Shown one piece after another: positions 54,894 through 64,000 of a stretch of DNA of 64,000 bases. This DNA is from Eubacteriales bacterium. Lineage in GTDB: Bacteria; Bacillota; Clostridia; Oscillospirales; CAG-272. How positions within the stretch are numbered: the first letter of the stretch is position 1; every line of letters starts with the position of its first letter. The notes below the pieces were generated by a model that searched no databases, had not been told where the DNA came from, and worked only from the letters and a program-made list of their open reading frames with translations. The stretch spans positions 264 through 64,263 of the forward strand of contig JBGVPY010000022.1 in assembly GCA_045127235.1 (NCBI GenBank), written 5' to 3'. Both the position numbers and the translations under genes were made by a program.

Positions 54894-56249
54894 ATGAAAA
54901 TCGTTATTGTCGGTTTAGGTACGATAGGTAAAACCGTATTAAGAAGTCTTTCCAATATGGGACACACCATTGTTATCATTGATGAAAACAAGGACAAGGT
55001 TGAAAACATGATTGAAAAGTACGACGTTACAGGTGTTGTTGGTAACGGTGCGTGCATGGATATATTAAAAGAAGCAGGAACTCAGGATGCCGACCTTGCT
55101 ATTTTCTTAACTAATAGTGATGAGCTTAATGTATTTGCTTGTCTTACCGCCAAAAAGGCAGGAGTTAAAAATACCATTGCCCGCGTAAGAAATCCTGATT
55201 ACAGACAGCAAATTAGAGATATGAAGGATGAGCTTGGAATTTCTATGATTGTGAATCCTGAAAAGGAAACGGCTGAGGAAATTTTTAATCTTATTAACCT
55301 TCCATCCATTTCTCAAATGGAGCATTTTGCTAAGGGCAGAGCTTTACTTGCTGAAATTGTTGTTGATGAGGGCTGCTCTCTTATTGGCGAAACTCTTATT
55401 TCATTAGGTAAGCAATTAAAGACAAAGGTGCTTGTATGTGCTGTTCAGCGTGGAGATGATGTTATTATTCCATCAGGTACTTTTATGTTTGAGGAAGGCG
55501 ACAGAGTTCACTTTACATCTGATGCTAATTCTCTTCGTGATTTTTTGGCAGAAGCTAAGCTTGAAAAGCTACCATTTAAGAACATTATGATAATTGGCGG
55601 AGATAAAACTGGCTATTATCTTGCAGAGGAGCTATCTAAAAAGAAATTTAACATTAAGCTTCTTGAAAGCAATCTTGAAAGAGCTGAGGAGCTTGCTGAA
55701 ATGCTTCCTAAGGTTACGGTAATAAATGCAAACGGTACTCAGCATGACCTTTTAATTGAAGAGGGTATTGAGGTTATGGACGCTTTTGTTGCTCTTACTA
55801 ACATTGATGAGGAAAATATGATTGTATCAATGTTTGCAAATAAGATGGATGTAACGAAAACTATAACTCAAATTAAAAATGATGAGCTTTACGATATGCT
55901 TGGGGAGCTTGGCATTGAAAATACCGTTTCTCCAAAACGAATTGTAGCTGACAGAATTATCAGCTATATCAGAGCTTTGACAAATAAAAGAGGAAGTAAT
56001 GTTTTAACTCTTTACAGATTAGTAAATGATAGAGTTGAGGCTCTTGAATTTTTAGCTAAGAAGGAAGAAAAATTCTTTAATAAGCCACTTAAAACCATCA
56101 AAACTAAGGAAAACTGTCTTATTGCTTGCATTATTCGCGAAAATGAGGTTATTATTCCCGATGGTAATTCTCATATTCAGTTAGGGGACAATGTTATCGT
56201 AGTTACTACACACAAAAACTTTGACGATTTAAACGATATACTTGATTAA
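54894..56249 (+). CDS. trkA: Trk potassium uptake NAD-binding subunit TrkA (two RCK units)
   Basis: 451 aa with GLGTIG and GGDKTG Rossmann motifs in two halves. Confidence 0.85.
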   Translation: MKIVIVGLGTIGKTVLRSLSNMGHTIVIIDENKDKVENMIEKYDVTGVVGNGACMDILKEAGTQDADLAIFLTNSDELNVFACLTAKKAGVKNTIARVRNPDYRQQIRDMKDELGISMIVNPEKETAEEIFNLINLPSISQMEHFAKGRALLAEIVVDEGCSLIGETLISLGKQLKTKVLVCAVQRGDDVIIPSGTFMFEEGDRVHFTSDANSLRDFLAEAKLEKLPFKNIMIIGGDKTGYYLAEELSKKKFNIKLLESNLERAEELAEMLPKVTVINANGTQHDLLIEEGIEVMDAFVALTNIDEENMIVSMFANKMDVTKTITQIKNDELYDMLGELGIENTVSPKRIVADRIISYIRALTNKRGSNVLTLYRLVNDRVEALEFLAKKEEKFFNKPLKTIKTKENCLIACIIRENEVIIPDGNSHIQLGDNVIVVTTHKNFDDLNDILD

Positions 56250-56257
56250 GGTGTTAT

Positions 56258-57787
56258 ATGAATTATAAATTGCTTGGTAAGGTGCTTGGCAAAATTATGA
56301 TTTTAGAGGGCGTTTTAATGATTGCTCCCTTAATTGTTTCCATAATTTATAAGGAAGGGCTTATAAATTATATTGCCTTTATTGTACCTATTTTTGCGCT
56401 GTTTTTATGTGGCGCTTTATTGCAGCTGCCTAAGCCTAAGCGAACATCCCTTTATCAAAAGGAGGGCTTTGCGCTAACTGCGATGGTTTGGATTGTTATG
56501 GCACTTTTTGGTGCTATTCCGTTTATTATAAACGGGGATATTCCAAACTATATTGATGCTTGCTTTGAGATTATGTCCGGATTTACTACAACGGGCGCAA
56601 GCATTATAACAGATATTACAGTAATTTCATTCTCTTCACTTTTCTGGCGTAGCTTTTCGCACTGGATTGGTGGTATGGGAATTCTTGTGTTCGTGCTTAT
56701 ATTTATTCCTGAAAGCAACGACGGTTCATCAATGCATCTTCTCCGTGCAGAATCTCCCGGCCCTCAGGTTGGTAAGATTTCCTCAAAAATGAAGGTTACT
56801 GCAAGAATACTTTACCTTATTTATTTTTGCTTAACAGTATTAGAGGTCGTTTTCCTACTCTGTGGACCGCTAATTGACCACACCTCACTTGTTGAAGCTG
56901 GCTATGGTCCATATGAGGGAAATAAGCTATTTTACGCTCTACTATCAGCATTTGGCTCAGCGGGCACTGGCGGATTTGGATTTATTCCAAATAGCTTTGA
57001 GTTTTTCACGCCATATGCACAATATGTAGTTTCAATTTTCTTAATTTTATTTGGTTGTAACTTTGGTCTTTACTACCTCATTTTAATTGGAAAAATAAAA
57101 GCGGTTTTAAAAAGCGAGGAGTTCAGAACCTATGTAGCCGTATTAGTCGCTGCAATTTCTTTGATATTTATAAATTTATCGTTAAGGCTTGAAGCAATAG
57201 GCTATTCGGTTGAGGAAGCATTTAGACATTCTCTTTTCCAAGTAGCATCTATTATTACAACCACCGGATACTCAACCACAGACTTTAATCTATGGCCATT
57301 AGTTTCAAAAATGGTGCTTATTCTTCTTATGTTTACCGGTGCTATGGCAGGCTCAACTGCCGGTGGCATGAAGCTATCAAGAATTGTAATAGCCGTTAAG
57401 GGTACTTTTATAAACATAAGAAAGCTAATAAATCCAAGATATGTGCCTAAGGCAAAATTTGAGGGTAAAAGCCTTGAGGAAAAAACAACTAATGATGTTT
57501 TCTCTTTTGTAACGCTATATGTATTCATTCTTTTAGGGGCAACTCTTGTTCTTTCCTTTGACCCTATCAGCGATATTACAGAGCATGGCTTCTTTACTAA
57601 TTTTTCTGCTTCCCTTGCATGTATTTCAAATATAGGTCCTGGCTTTGAGGCTGTCGGTCCTTATGCATCATATGCAGATTATAATGGATTTTCAAAAATC
57701 ATTTTAACATTTACTATGCTAATTGGCAGACTTGAAATTTTCCCTGTGATTTTACTTTTTAATCCTCGCACATGGAAAAAATTATAG
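56258..57787 (+). CDS. trkH: TrkH-family potassium transporter
   Basis: 509 aa polytopic with repeated pore-loop motifs (GFTTTGAS, GTGGFG, TTTGYST, STAGGMK). Confidence 0.85.
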   Translation: MNYKLLGKVLGKIMILEGVLMIAPLIVSIIYKEGLINYIAFIVPIFALFLCGALLQLPKPKRTSLYQKEGFALTAMVWIVMALFGAIPFIINGDIPNYIDACFEIMSGFTTTGASIITDITVISFSSLFWRSFSHWIGGMGILVFVLIFIPESNDGSSMHLLRAESPGPQVGKISSKMKVTARILYLIYFCLTVLEVVFLLCGPLIDHTSLVEAGYGPYEGNKLFYALLSAFGSAGTGGFGFIPNSFEFFTPYAQYVVSIFLILFGCNFGLYYLILIGKIKAVLKSEEFRTYVAVLVAAISLIFINLSLRLEAIGYSVEEAFRHSLFQVASIITTTGYSTTDFNLWPLVSKMVLILLMFTGAMAGSTAGGMKLSRIVIAVKGTFINIRKLINPRYVPKAKFEGKSLEEKTTNDVFSFVTLYVFILLGATLVLSFDPISDITEHGFFTNFSASLACISNIGPGFEAVGPYASYADYNGFSKIILTFTMLIGRLEIFPVILLFNPRTWKKL

Positions 57788-57895
57788 TGAATTCATAAAG
57801 CAGACATTGATTGTCTGCTTTATTTTTTGAAATTCATTCCATTTTTATATAATTTGTGATATACTATACTTAAATCTATTATGAAGGGGGCATGT

Positions 57896-59227
57896 ATGAA
57901 ACACAAATTTGCGCTTTCTCCTGCAAAGCTTCTTGCGCTAGGCTTTCTTGGGATAATTCTTTTGGGCACATCGCTTTTATGCTTGCCCTTTGCAAGCTAT
58001 GAGGGACATACATCATTTGTTGATGCTTTGTTTACAGCTACAAGCGCAACATGTGTAACAGGTCTTGTAACACTAACAACAGCTACACATTGGACATTGT
58101 TTGGCAAGGTTATTATTATATTGCTAATACAAATTGGCGGTCTTGGCTTTATGACATTTGTTTCATTAAGTGCAATTATTTTAAACAAAAATATTTCCTT
58201 ACATGAAAGAAAGCTTATGGTACAATCTACCGGCTCTCTTGAGCTACGGGGCATTATTAATCTTATTAAGCGCGTCGCCTTAGGTACTATACTTATTGAG
58301 GGTGTTGGTGCTATACTTTTGACGGCTAGATTTTTATCCTTAGGAAATAGCTTTATAAATAGCTTGTGGCATGGAATTTTCCATTCCATTTCAGCATTTT
58401 GCAATGCAGGCTTTGATATTTTAGGCGATAATTCATTGATAAATTACAGCAGTGATCCATTTATACTTATTACCATATCATTGCTTATTATTATTGGCGG
58501 TATTGGCTTTCTTGTATGGAATGATTTTATTTCTTATAAATTTCATTTCAAAAAATATAAGCTTCACAGTAAATTAGCGCTTTCAATAACATCAATTTTA
58601 ATATTTGGCGGATGGATACTGCTTTATATTACAGAAAGAAATGCAAGTCTTGGCGCTTTTAGCGAGGGAGACAAATGGTTAAACGCATTTTTTCAATCGG
58701 TTACGCTACGCACCGCCGGCTTTGATTCAATTAATCAAGGCAGCTTAAGCCGTGGCGGAAGCGTTATTTCCGTTGTATTTATGCTTATTGGCGGTTGTCC
58801 CGGCTCAACAGCCGGCGGTATTAAGGCAATAACATTTTTAGTTGTTATATTAAACACCGTTAGCTTTGCAAGAGATAAGGATAGCATCACTATTTTCAAG
58901 AAAAGGATTAGTGATTCTACGGTTAAGCAAGCTTGCGCTATTATGACGCTTTATTTATTAGCTGTCTGCGCTGTTACTGTTGCTATATGTCTTATTGAGG
59001 GGGATAGCTTCTCTCTTGGTAACATTATTTATGAGGTTGCTTCCGCTATTGCAACGGTTGGCTTAACTCAGGGCATTACTCCGCTTCTTTCGGTAGCATC
59101 TAAAATGATTCTGTGCTTCGCTATGTATTTCGGTCGTTTAGGCGGTCTTACTTTACTTCTTGCTATTGCTGAAAAGCAACTCGGTGCAAGTCTTGAAAGA
59201 CCTTACGAGAAAATTTTAATAGGTTAG
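57896..59227 (+). CDS. ktrB: KtrB/TrkH-family potassium transporter
   Basis: Pore-loop motifs TCVTGL, CNAGF, RTAGF, STAGGIK. ATG at 57896 follows GAAGGGGG. Confidence 0.75.
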   Translation: MKHKFALSPAKLLALGFLGIILLGTSLLCLPFASYEGHTSFVDALFTATSATCVTGLVTLTTATHWTLFGKVIIILLIQIGGLGFMTFVSLSAIILNKNISLHERKLMVQSTGSLELRGIINLIKRVALGTILIEGVGAILLTARFLSLGNSFINSLWHGIFHSISAFCNAGFDILGDNSLINYSSDPFILITISLLIIIGGIGFLVWNDFISYKFHFKKYKLHSKLALSITSILIFGGWILLYITERNASLGAFSEGDKWLNAFFQSVTLRTAGFDSINQGSLSRGGSVISVVFMLIGGCPGSTAGGIKAITFLVVILNTVSFARDKDSITIFKKRISDSTVKQACAIMTLYLLAVCAVTVAICLIEGDSFSLGNIIYEVASAIATVGLTQGITPLLSVASKMILCFAMYFGRLGGLTLLLAIAEKQLGASLERPYEKILIG

Positions 59228-59236
59228 GTATAATAT

Positions 59237-59896
59237 ATGAGTAAATCTAAATCAGTTTTAATTATAGGCATGGGAAGATTCGGTAGGCATCTTGCTCTTC
59301 GCATGCTTGATATGGGAAATGACGTTATGGTTATAGACAAGGATGCTTCAATTATTGATATGATGTCATCTTATTGTCCTGATTGCAATATTGGAGATTG
59401 CACAAATGAAAATGTGTTAAAATCACTTGACGTTAGCGCATTTGATATTTGCTTTGTAACCATTGGCGAGGATTTTCAATCATCATTAGTCATTACATCT
59501 TATTTAAAATCATTGGGGGCAAAATGTGTTGTTGCTAAGGCTAATCAGGATATTCAGGCTGATTTGCTTAAAAAAATCGGCGCAGATGAGGTAATTTATG
59601 CTGAAAAGGAAATGGCAGAAAAAATCGCCATGCGCTACAATACAGATAACATTTTTGATTACATTCAATTAACAAGCGACTATTCTATTTATGAAATTCC
59701 CGTATTAAAGGAATGGATTGGAAAGACAATTGTCGAGGTTAATGTAAGGCAGAATTTCAATATTAGTATTATTGCTATTAAGGTGGGCGCTACATTAAAT
59801 CCCGCGCCGGGGGCAAATTATACATTTGGCAGAGATGACCATGTTGTTGTAATTGGTAAATCAACCGATGTATTTAAAATCACATCAAGAGTATAA
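59237..59896 (+). CDS. ktrA: KtrA/TrkA-N RCK-domain regulatory subunit
   Basis: 219 aa, IIGMGRFG Rossmann motif, follows ktrB. Confidence 0.8.
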   Translation: MSKSKSVLIIGMGRFGRHLALRMLDMGNDVMVIDKDASIIDMMSSYCPDCNIGDCTNENVLKSLDVSAFDICFVTIGEDFQSSLVITSYLKSLGAKCVVAKANQDIQADLLKKIGADEVIYAEKEMAEKIAMRYNTDNIFDYIQLTSDYSIYEIPVLKEWIGKTIVEVNVRQNFNISIIAIKVGATLNPAPGANYTFGRDDHVVVIGKSTDVFKITSRV

Positions 59897-59911
59897 CTAT
59901 ATAAGGTAAAT

Positions 59912-60370
59912 ATGAAAAGAATTAAAGAGTTAATTATAAAATATAAGGAAATACTTTTGTATTTAATATTTGGAGTTCTTACAACGGCAGTTAGCATTTT
60001 CTCATTTTGGTTTTTTAGCTTATTTATTCCACAAGAGCTATATTTGATTACGAATGTAATTTCTTGGGTAATAGCAGTTATATTTGCTTTTGTAACCAAC
60101 AAGCTATTTGTTTTTGAATCTAAAAAATGGGGTAAAGCCGAGCTTGGCTCTGAAATTCCTAGGTTTTTAGGTGCAAGAGTTTTTAGTCTTATAATTGAAG
60201 AATTAGGTTTGATTTTATTTATTGACTTACTTAATTTCAATGAATTCAGCAAAGTTATTTTCGGTTTTAATATAACCGGTGAATTGATTGCAAAAACAAT
60301 AATGTCTGTAATTGTTATTATTTTAAATTACTTTTTTAGCAAGTTTATGATTTTTAAAAAAAGCAAGTAA
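59912..60370 (+). CDS. GtrA-family membrane protein
   Basis: 152 aa with 4 TM, FxxFGxxT-like N-terminus (YLIFGVLTT) and NKLFVF motif. Confidence 0.75.
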   Translation: MKRIKELIIKYKEILLYLIFGVLTTAVSIFSFWFFSLFIPQELYLITNVISWVIAVIFAFVTNKLFVFESKKWGKAELGSEIPRFLGARVFSLIIEELGLILFIDLLNFNEFSKVIFGFNITGELIAKTIMSVIVIILNYFFSKFMIFKKSK

Positions 60371-60375
60371 AATGC

Positions 60376-60405
60376 AAAAGGGATAGATGCGTCTATCCCT
60401 TTTTA
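60376..60405 (+). terminator. Intrinsic terminator
   Basis: aagggataga-tgcg-tctatccctt followed by TTTT. Confidence 0.65.
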
Positions 60406-60424
60406 ACAAGCTTAGCATATAGCA

Positions 60425-60456
60425 AAAAATGCTTCGGAAAACCGAAGCATTTTTTA
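60425..60456 (-). terminator. Intrinsic terminator downstream of gap
   Basis: aaaaatgcttcgg-aaaa-ccgaagcattttt. Confidence 0.7.
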
Positions 60457-60471
60457 TTGTATTTACTAAAA

Positions 60472-61485
60472 TTAGATTTCAGCGAAGTACTTGATTGTAC
60501 GAACCATTTGGCTTGTGTAGCTGTTTTCGTTGTCGTACCATGAAACAACTTGTACTTGGTATGTGTCATCATCGATCTTAGCAACCATTGTTTGTGTTGC
60601 ATCAAATAATGAACCGTATGTCATACCGATAACGTCGCTTGAAACGATTTCATCTGTGTTGTAGCCGTATGAAGCAGAAGCAACTGCCTTCATAGCTGCG
60701 TTGATAGAATCCTTTGTTACATCTGTGCCCTTAACAACAGCAACGAGAAGTGTTGTTGAGCCTGTGCAAGTTGGAACTCTTTGAGCAGAACCGATAAGCT
60801 TGCCGTTGAGTTCTGGAATTACAAGACCGATAGCCTTAGCAGCGCCTGTTGAGTTAGGAACGATGTTTTGTGCACCAGCTCTTGCTCTTCTTAAGTCACC
60901 CTTTCTGTGTGGGCCGTCAAGAATCATTTGGTCGCCTGTGTAAGCGTGAACTGTTGTCATGATACCGCTTTGGATTGGGTATACATCGTTAAGAGCCTTA
61001 GCCATTGGAGCTAAGCAGTTTGTTGTACATGAAGCAGCAGAGATGATTTGGTCATCAGCTGTTAATGTGTTTTCGTTAACGCCGAATACGATTGTCTTAA
61101 GGTCGTTGCCTGCAGGAGCAGAGATAACTACCTTCTTAGCACCAGCTGTGATGTGTGCCATTGACTTTTCTTTGGAGCAGTAGAAGCCTGTGCACTCGAG
61201 AACTACGTCAACACCAAGCTCACCCCATGGGCAGTTTGCAGCATCCTTTTCTGCGTAAATTTTGATTGTCTTACCGTCAACTGTGATGCTGTCCTCTGTG
61301 CAAGATACTGTATCTGCAAGAGCGTACTTACCTTGTGCTGTGTCATACTTAAGAAGATGAGCAAGCATCTTTGGGCTGGTAAGATCGTTGATAGCTACTA
61401 CTTCGTAGCCTTCTGCGCCGAACATCTGTCTGAATGCAAGACGTCCGATACGGCCAAAGCCGTTAATTGCAACTTTAACTGACAT
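60472..61485 (-). CDS. gap: Glyceraldehyde-3-phosphate dehydrogenase
   Basis: INGFGRIGR and SCTTNC active site. Track start is TTG; the ATG at 61485 follows GGAGGA. Confidence 0.95.
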   Translation of the reverse strand: MSVKVAINGFGRIGRLAFRQMFGAEGYEVVAINDLTSPKMLAHLLKYDTAQGKYALADTVSCTEDSITVDGKTIKIYAEKDAANCPWGELGVDVVLECTGFYCSKEKSMAHITAGAKKVVISAPAGNDLKTIVFGVNENTLTADDQIISAASCTTNCLAPMAKALNDVYPIQSGIMTTVHAYTGDQMILDGPHRKGDLRRARAGAQNIVPNSTGAAKAIGLVIPELNGKLIGSAQRVPTCTGSTTLLVAVVKGTDVTKDSINAAMKAVASASYGYNTDEIVSSDVIGMTYGSLFDATQTMVAKIDDDTYQVQVVSWYDNENSYTSQMVRTIKYFAEI

Positions 61486-61664
61486 TTTTATGTCCTCCAA
61501 AAAAATAAATTGTGTATGGAATATTCCTTCCCTACCAGATACATATTATATACCATTTTTAATATAGTTACAAGTATTTTTTGAATTTTTCTCATTTTTT
61601 CCCTTTTGCATAATAAATTTAAGGTAATTTTTGGTTTTTTTATCATTTCAACCAAATAATATTG

Positions 61665-61693
61665 TATTTTTTATTTGACATTATCTACTTTAT
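61665..61693 (+). promoter_or_regulatory. Promoter TTGACA-17-TATAAT upstream of holB
   Basis: Exact consensus hexamers with a 17-nt spacer. Confidence 0.65.
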
Positions 61694-61735
61694 TTGTTAT
61701 AATGTATTCTGTAAAAATATTGTTTTGGGGGAGCT

Positions 61736-62725
61736 ATGGAGATTTTTAAAAATTTAATTGGCAATGATGATATTAAGAATACTCTTGGCTCTGCTATAAA
61801 AAATGGTGTATTTTCTCACGCATATATCATTGAGGGCGATAAGGGTACTGGAAAGCATACTATTGCAAGACTGGCTTCAAGCGCGATTATGTGTCAAAGC
61901 GGCGGAGATTTACCCTGCGGCAAATGTGATTTTTGTAGAAAAATCTTAAACGATAACTGCGCAGACGTAAGATTTTTTGATGCTTTTAAGGTTGATGACG
62001 TAAGAAAAATCAAGGAAACGCTTTATGAAAGTTCAACAGAGTGTCCTTATAAGGTTTACATTTTTAACGATGCACACAAAATGAATATTAAGGCTCAAAA
62101 TGCTCTTCTTATTTCCCTTGAGGAACCACCGAAAAATGTAGTATTTTTCTTGCTTTGTCAGGATGCAAGCTATTTACTTGAAACTATAAGGTCAAGAGCT
62201 CAGCTTCTTAGGACTAAGCCCCTTAGTAATGGTGTGATTTTTAAATATATAAGAGATAATATGCTTTCTTCATTAAGCGATGAAAGCTTAAATGAGATTA
62301 TTGTTTCTTCCCGTGGCTCCCTTGGATATGTTCTTGATATGCTTGATGAGAAAAAGGCTGAGGAGTTATTTAGCTCAAGAGAGAAAATTTCATCCTTTGC
62401 GGAAGCTCTCTTATCAAACGATATTTCATCATACACCAAGATTACCTCATTATTTTCTATGCAAAGAGATGCATTAAAGGAGCTTCTCTCCTCTGCTCTT
62501 ATTGCGGTAAGAGATATGGCGGTAATTAAAAAGGACAAAAATGCTACGTTATGTTTTTACGCTTCAAGGGAAAACGTGGTCAAGCTTGCATCTAAGCATA
62601 GCTTAAAAAAGATACTTGGTATATACGATGCTATTGAGAAGGGACTTTATGATTTCGGTTCAAATTCAAACGTACCGAACACACTTACGTCTATTCTCAT
62701 AAATGCAAGAAAGAAAGGAAACTAA
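61736..62725 (+). CDS. holB: DNA polymerase III delta' subunit
   Basis: HAYIIEG, GTGKHT, zinc module C..C..C.KC..C, LLISLEEPP. 329 aa. Confidence 0.85.
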   Translation: MEIFKNLIGNDDIKNTLGSAIKNGVFSHAYIIEGDKGTGKHTIARLASSAIMCQSGGDLPCGKCDFCRKILNDNCADVRFFDAFKVDDVRKIKETLYESSTECPYKVYIFNDAHKMNIKAQNALLISLEEPPKNVVFFLLCQDASYLLETIRSRAQLLRTKPLSNGVIFKYIRDNMLSSLSDESLNEIIVSSRGSLGYVLDMLDEKKAEELFSSREKISSFAEALLSNDISSYTKITSLFSMQRDALKELLSSALIAVRDMAVIKKDKNATLCFYASRENVVKLASKHSLKKILGIYDAIEKGLYDFGSNSNVPNTLTSILINARKKGN

Positions 62726-62726
62726 T

Positions 62727-63608
62727 ATGTCAGAGGAATTTATAAATAATTTAAACGAGGAAAACGAATCTGTTGAGGTTATCGGTATCCGCTTTAAGGA
62801 TGGAGGTAAGGTGTACTATTTTGACCCTAACGGATGCAAGGGTACTCTTCAAGATTTTGCTGTTGTGGAAACTGCAAGAGGCGTTGAATTTGGAAAGGTA
62901 TGTCAAGCAAATAAGCTTGTATCAAAGAATGATATTGTGCCACCTCTTCGTCCTGTAATAAGAATTGCAACTGAGAAGGATATTAAGACTAACGAGGAAA
63001 ACAAGAGAAAGGAAGCTGAGGCTATAAAGGTTTGTCAGCAAAAGGTTGCCTCTCACGGTCTTGAAATGAAGCTTATTGAGTCAGAATATGCATTTGACGG
63101 CGCTAAGCTTACCTTCTATTTTACTGCTGATGGCAGAATTGACTTTAGAGAATTGGTTAAGGATTTAGCATCTACCTTTAAGACAAGAATTGAGCTAAGA
63201 CAAATCGGTATTCGTGATGAGGCGAAGTTTATGGGCGGTCTTGGTGTTTGCGGTCGTCCGTTCTGTTGCAGTACATTTTTACCTGATTTTTGTCAGGTTT
63301 CAATTAAGATGGCTAAGGAGCAAAGCTTATCTCTTAATTCATCAAAGATTTCAGGTGCATGCGGTAGGCTTATGTGTTGCTTAAAATTTGAGCATGATAC
63401 TTATGCGCAAGAAATAAAGAAAACTCCGCCTGTTGATTCAACTGTAAAAACTCCTGATGGAACTGGTGTAGTTACTGAAATAAGTCCACTTGCGGGAACT
63501 GTTAAGGTACACATAAATGATTCAATAAAATCATATCATAGAGATGAGGTTAAGATACTATCCTTGCCTAAAAAGAAGGATGATAGCAATGATGAGGTTG
63601 AGGAGTAA
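62727..63608 (+). CDS. ricT: PSP1-domain protein RicT/YaaT (stage 0 sporulation)
   Basis: PSP1 C-terminal Cys-rich block (GVCGRPFCCSTFL, CGRLMCCLKFE). ATG at 62727 follows AAAGGAA, 1 nt after the holB stop. Confidence 0.85.
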   Translation: MSEEFINNLNEENESVEVIGIRFKDGGKVYYFDPNGCKGTLQDFAVVETARGVEFGKVCQANKLVSKNDIVPPLRPVIRIATEKDIKTNEENKRKEAEAIKVCQQKVASHGLEMKLIESEYAFDGAKLTFYFTADGRIDFRELVKDLASTFKTRIELRQIGIRDEAKFMGGLGVCGRPFCCSTFLPDFCQVSIKMAKEQSLSLNSSKISGACGRLMCCLKFEHDTYAQEIKKTPPVDSTVKTPDGTGVVTEISPLAGTVKVHINDSIKSYHRDEVKILSLPKKKDDSNDEVEE

Positions 63609-63712
63609 TTTCGACTTTTTTGTGGGAATTTCTTATAATTTCACATATGCTATTGACAAATAAGATTTTTGTGCTAAAATAAGATTGTAAAATTTACACG
63701 GAGGTAATTATC

Positions 63713-63883
63713 ATGGCATTCAAGATTACTGATGAGTGCATTGCTTGTGGTGCTTGCGTTGATGCTTGCCCATGCAACTGCATTGTTGAAGGTGATGGCA
63801 AATTCGTAATTAATGCAGACGAGTGCATTTCTTGCGGTTCATGTGCTGGCGCTTGCCCAGTTGGCGCACCTGTTGAAGAATAA
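63713..63883 (+). CDS. fdx: 2x[4Fe-4S] ferredoxin (56 aa), not in ORF track
   Basis: MAFKITDECIACGACVDACPCNCIVEG...CISCGSCAGACPVGAPVEE. RBS GGAGG. Confidence 0.8.
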   Translation: MAFKITDECIACGACVDACPCNCIVEGDGKFVINADECISCGSCAGACPVGAPVEE

Positions 63884-63903
63884 TTTAATTCTTACATACA
63901 ATG

Positions 63904-63935
63904 AAACGGAGCTACGAGTATGTAGCTCCGTTTTC
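63904..63935 (+). terminator. Intrinsic terminator
   Basis: aaacggagctac-gagtat-gtagctccgttt followed by a T-run. Confidence 0.7.
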
Positions 63936-64000
63936 ATATAAGCGCATGCTATGATAAACTAAGCTAATGGAAATTTTAGAAAATGAACGAATAAATGAAA

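Noticed and set aside
54773-55057. 94-aa minus-strand ORF between cotJA and trkA
   Set aside because: It overlaps the trkA start and the cotJ promoter region, has no RBS, and its hydrophobic low-complexity translation comes from AT-rich intergenic DNA.
54894-59896. Tandem TrkAH and KtrAB systems as an anomaly, or a c-di-AMP (ydaO-type) riboswitch in front of them
   Set aside because: Two K+ uptake systems side by side is ordinary. The upstream regions (54774-54893 and 57788-57895) contain only promoter and terminator features and are too short for a ydaO-type element.

Overview
Low-GC Firmicutes/Clostridia-type chromosomal segment from a probable spore former, judged from cotJA-cotJB-cotJC, ricT/yaaT, nfnAB-like genes and a T-box-like leader. 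I can support about 60 protein genes and 2 tRNAs (Pro-UGG at 13752-13824 on +, Leu-GAG at 36539-36621 on -). I saw no rRNA, no CRISPR array and no recognisable transposase or integrase. From about 26.3 kb to the right edge the content is mostly conserved housekeeping: tgt-mutL-mutS-ylbF-like-miaB; a ParC/GyrA-family subunit, sua5/tsaC, prfA, eda fusion, M18 aminopeptidase, coaE; nfnAB, nadK, cotJ; trkAH plus ktrAB; gap; holB-ricT-ferredoxin. The unusual part is the stretch between tRNA-Pro (13.75 kb) and tgt (26.3 kb), which looks like accessory DNA. (i) A 1.5-kb gene-free region holds tandem GC-rich modules that each end in a copy of the tRNA-Pro 3' end. It also holds a duplicated promoter + 67-68-nt hairpin RNA + terminator unit and a duplicated 73-nt block. 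(ii) An autonomous AT-rich three-gene operon (19816-23051, minus strand) encodes a PD-(D/E)xK-like protein, a beta-CASP metallo-beta-lactamase nuclease and a cytoplasmic CapA-like metallophosphoesterase. I do not recognise this as any named system, and it is my best candidate for an undescribed defence or nucleic-acid-processing system. (iii) An 8x heptanucleotide tract abuts the tgt stop codon. A second tRNA-linked oddity lies next to tRNA-Leu: three direct plus three inverted copies of an ATATCATCAA motif interleaved with GC-rich tetraloop hairpins (36308-36493), inside a ~1-kb segment bounded by a 12-nt duplication of the tRNA 3' end. The ORF track also uses TTG/GTG as starts, so several starts were moved to an ATG with a Shine-Dalgarno sequence. 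All family calls come from motif recognition by eye; no searches were run.
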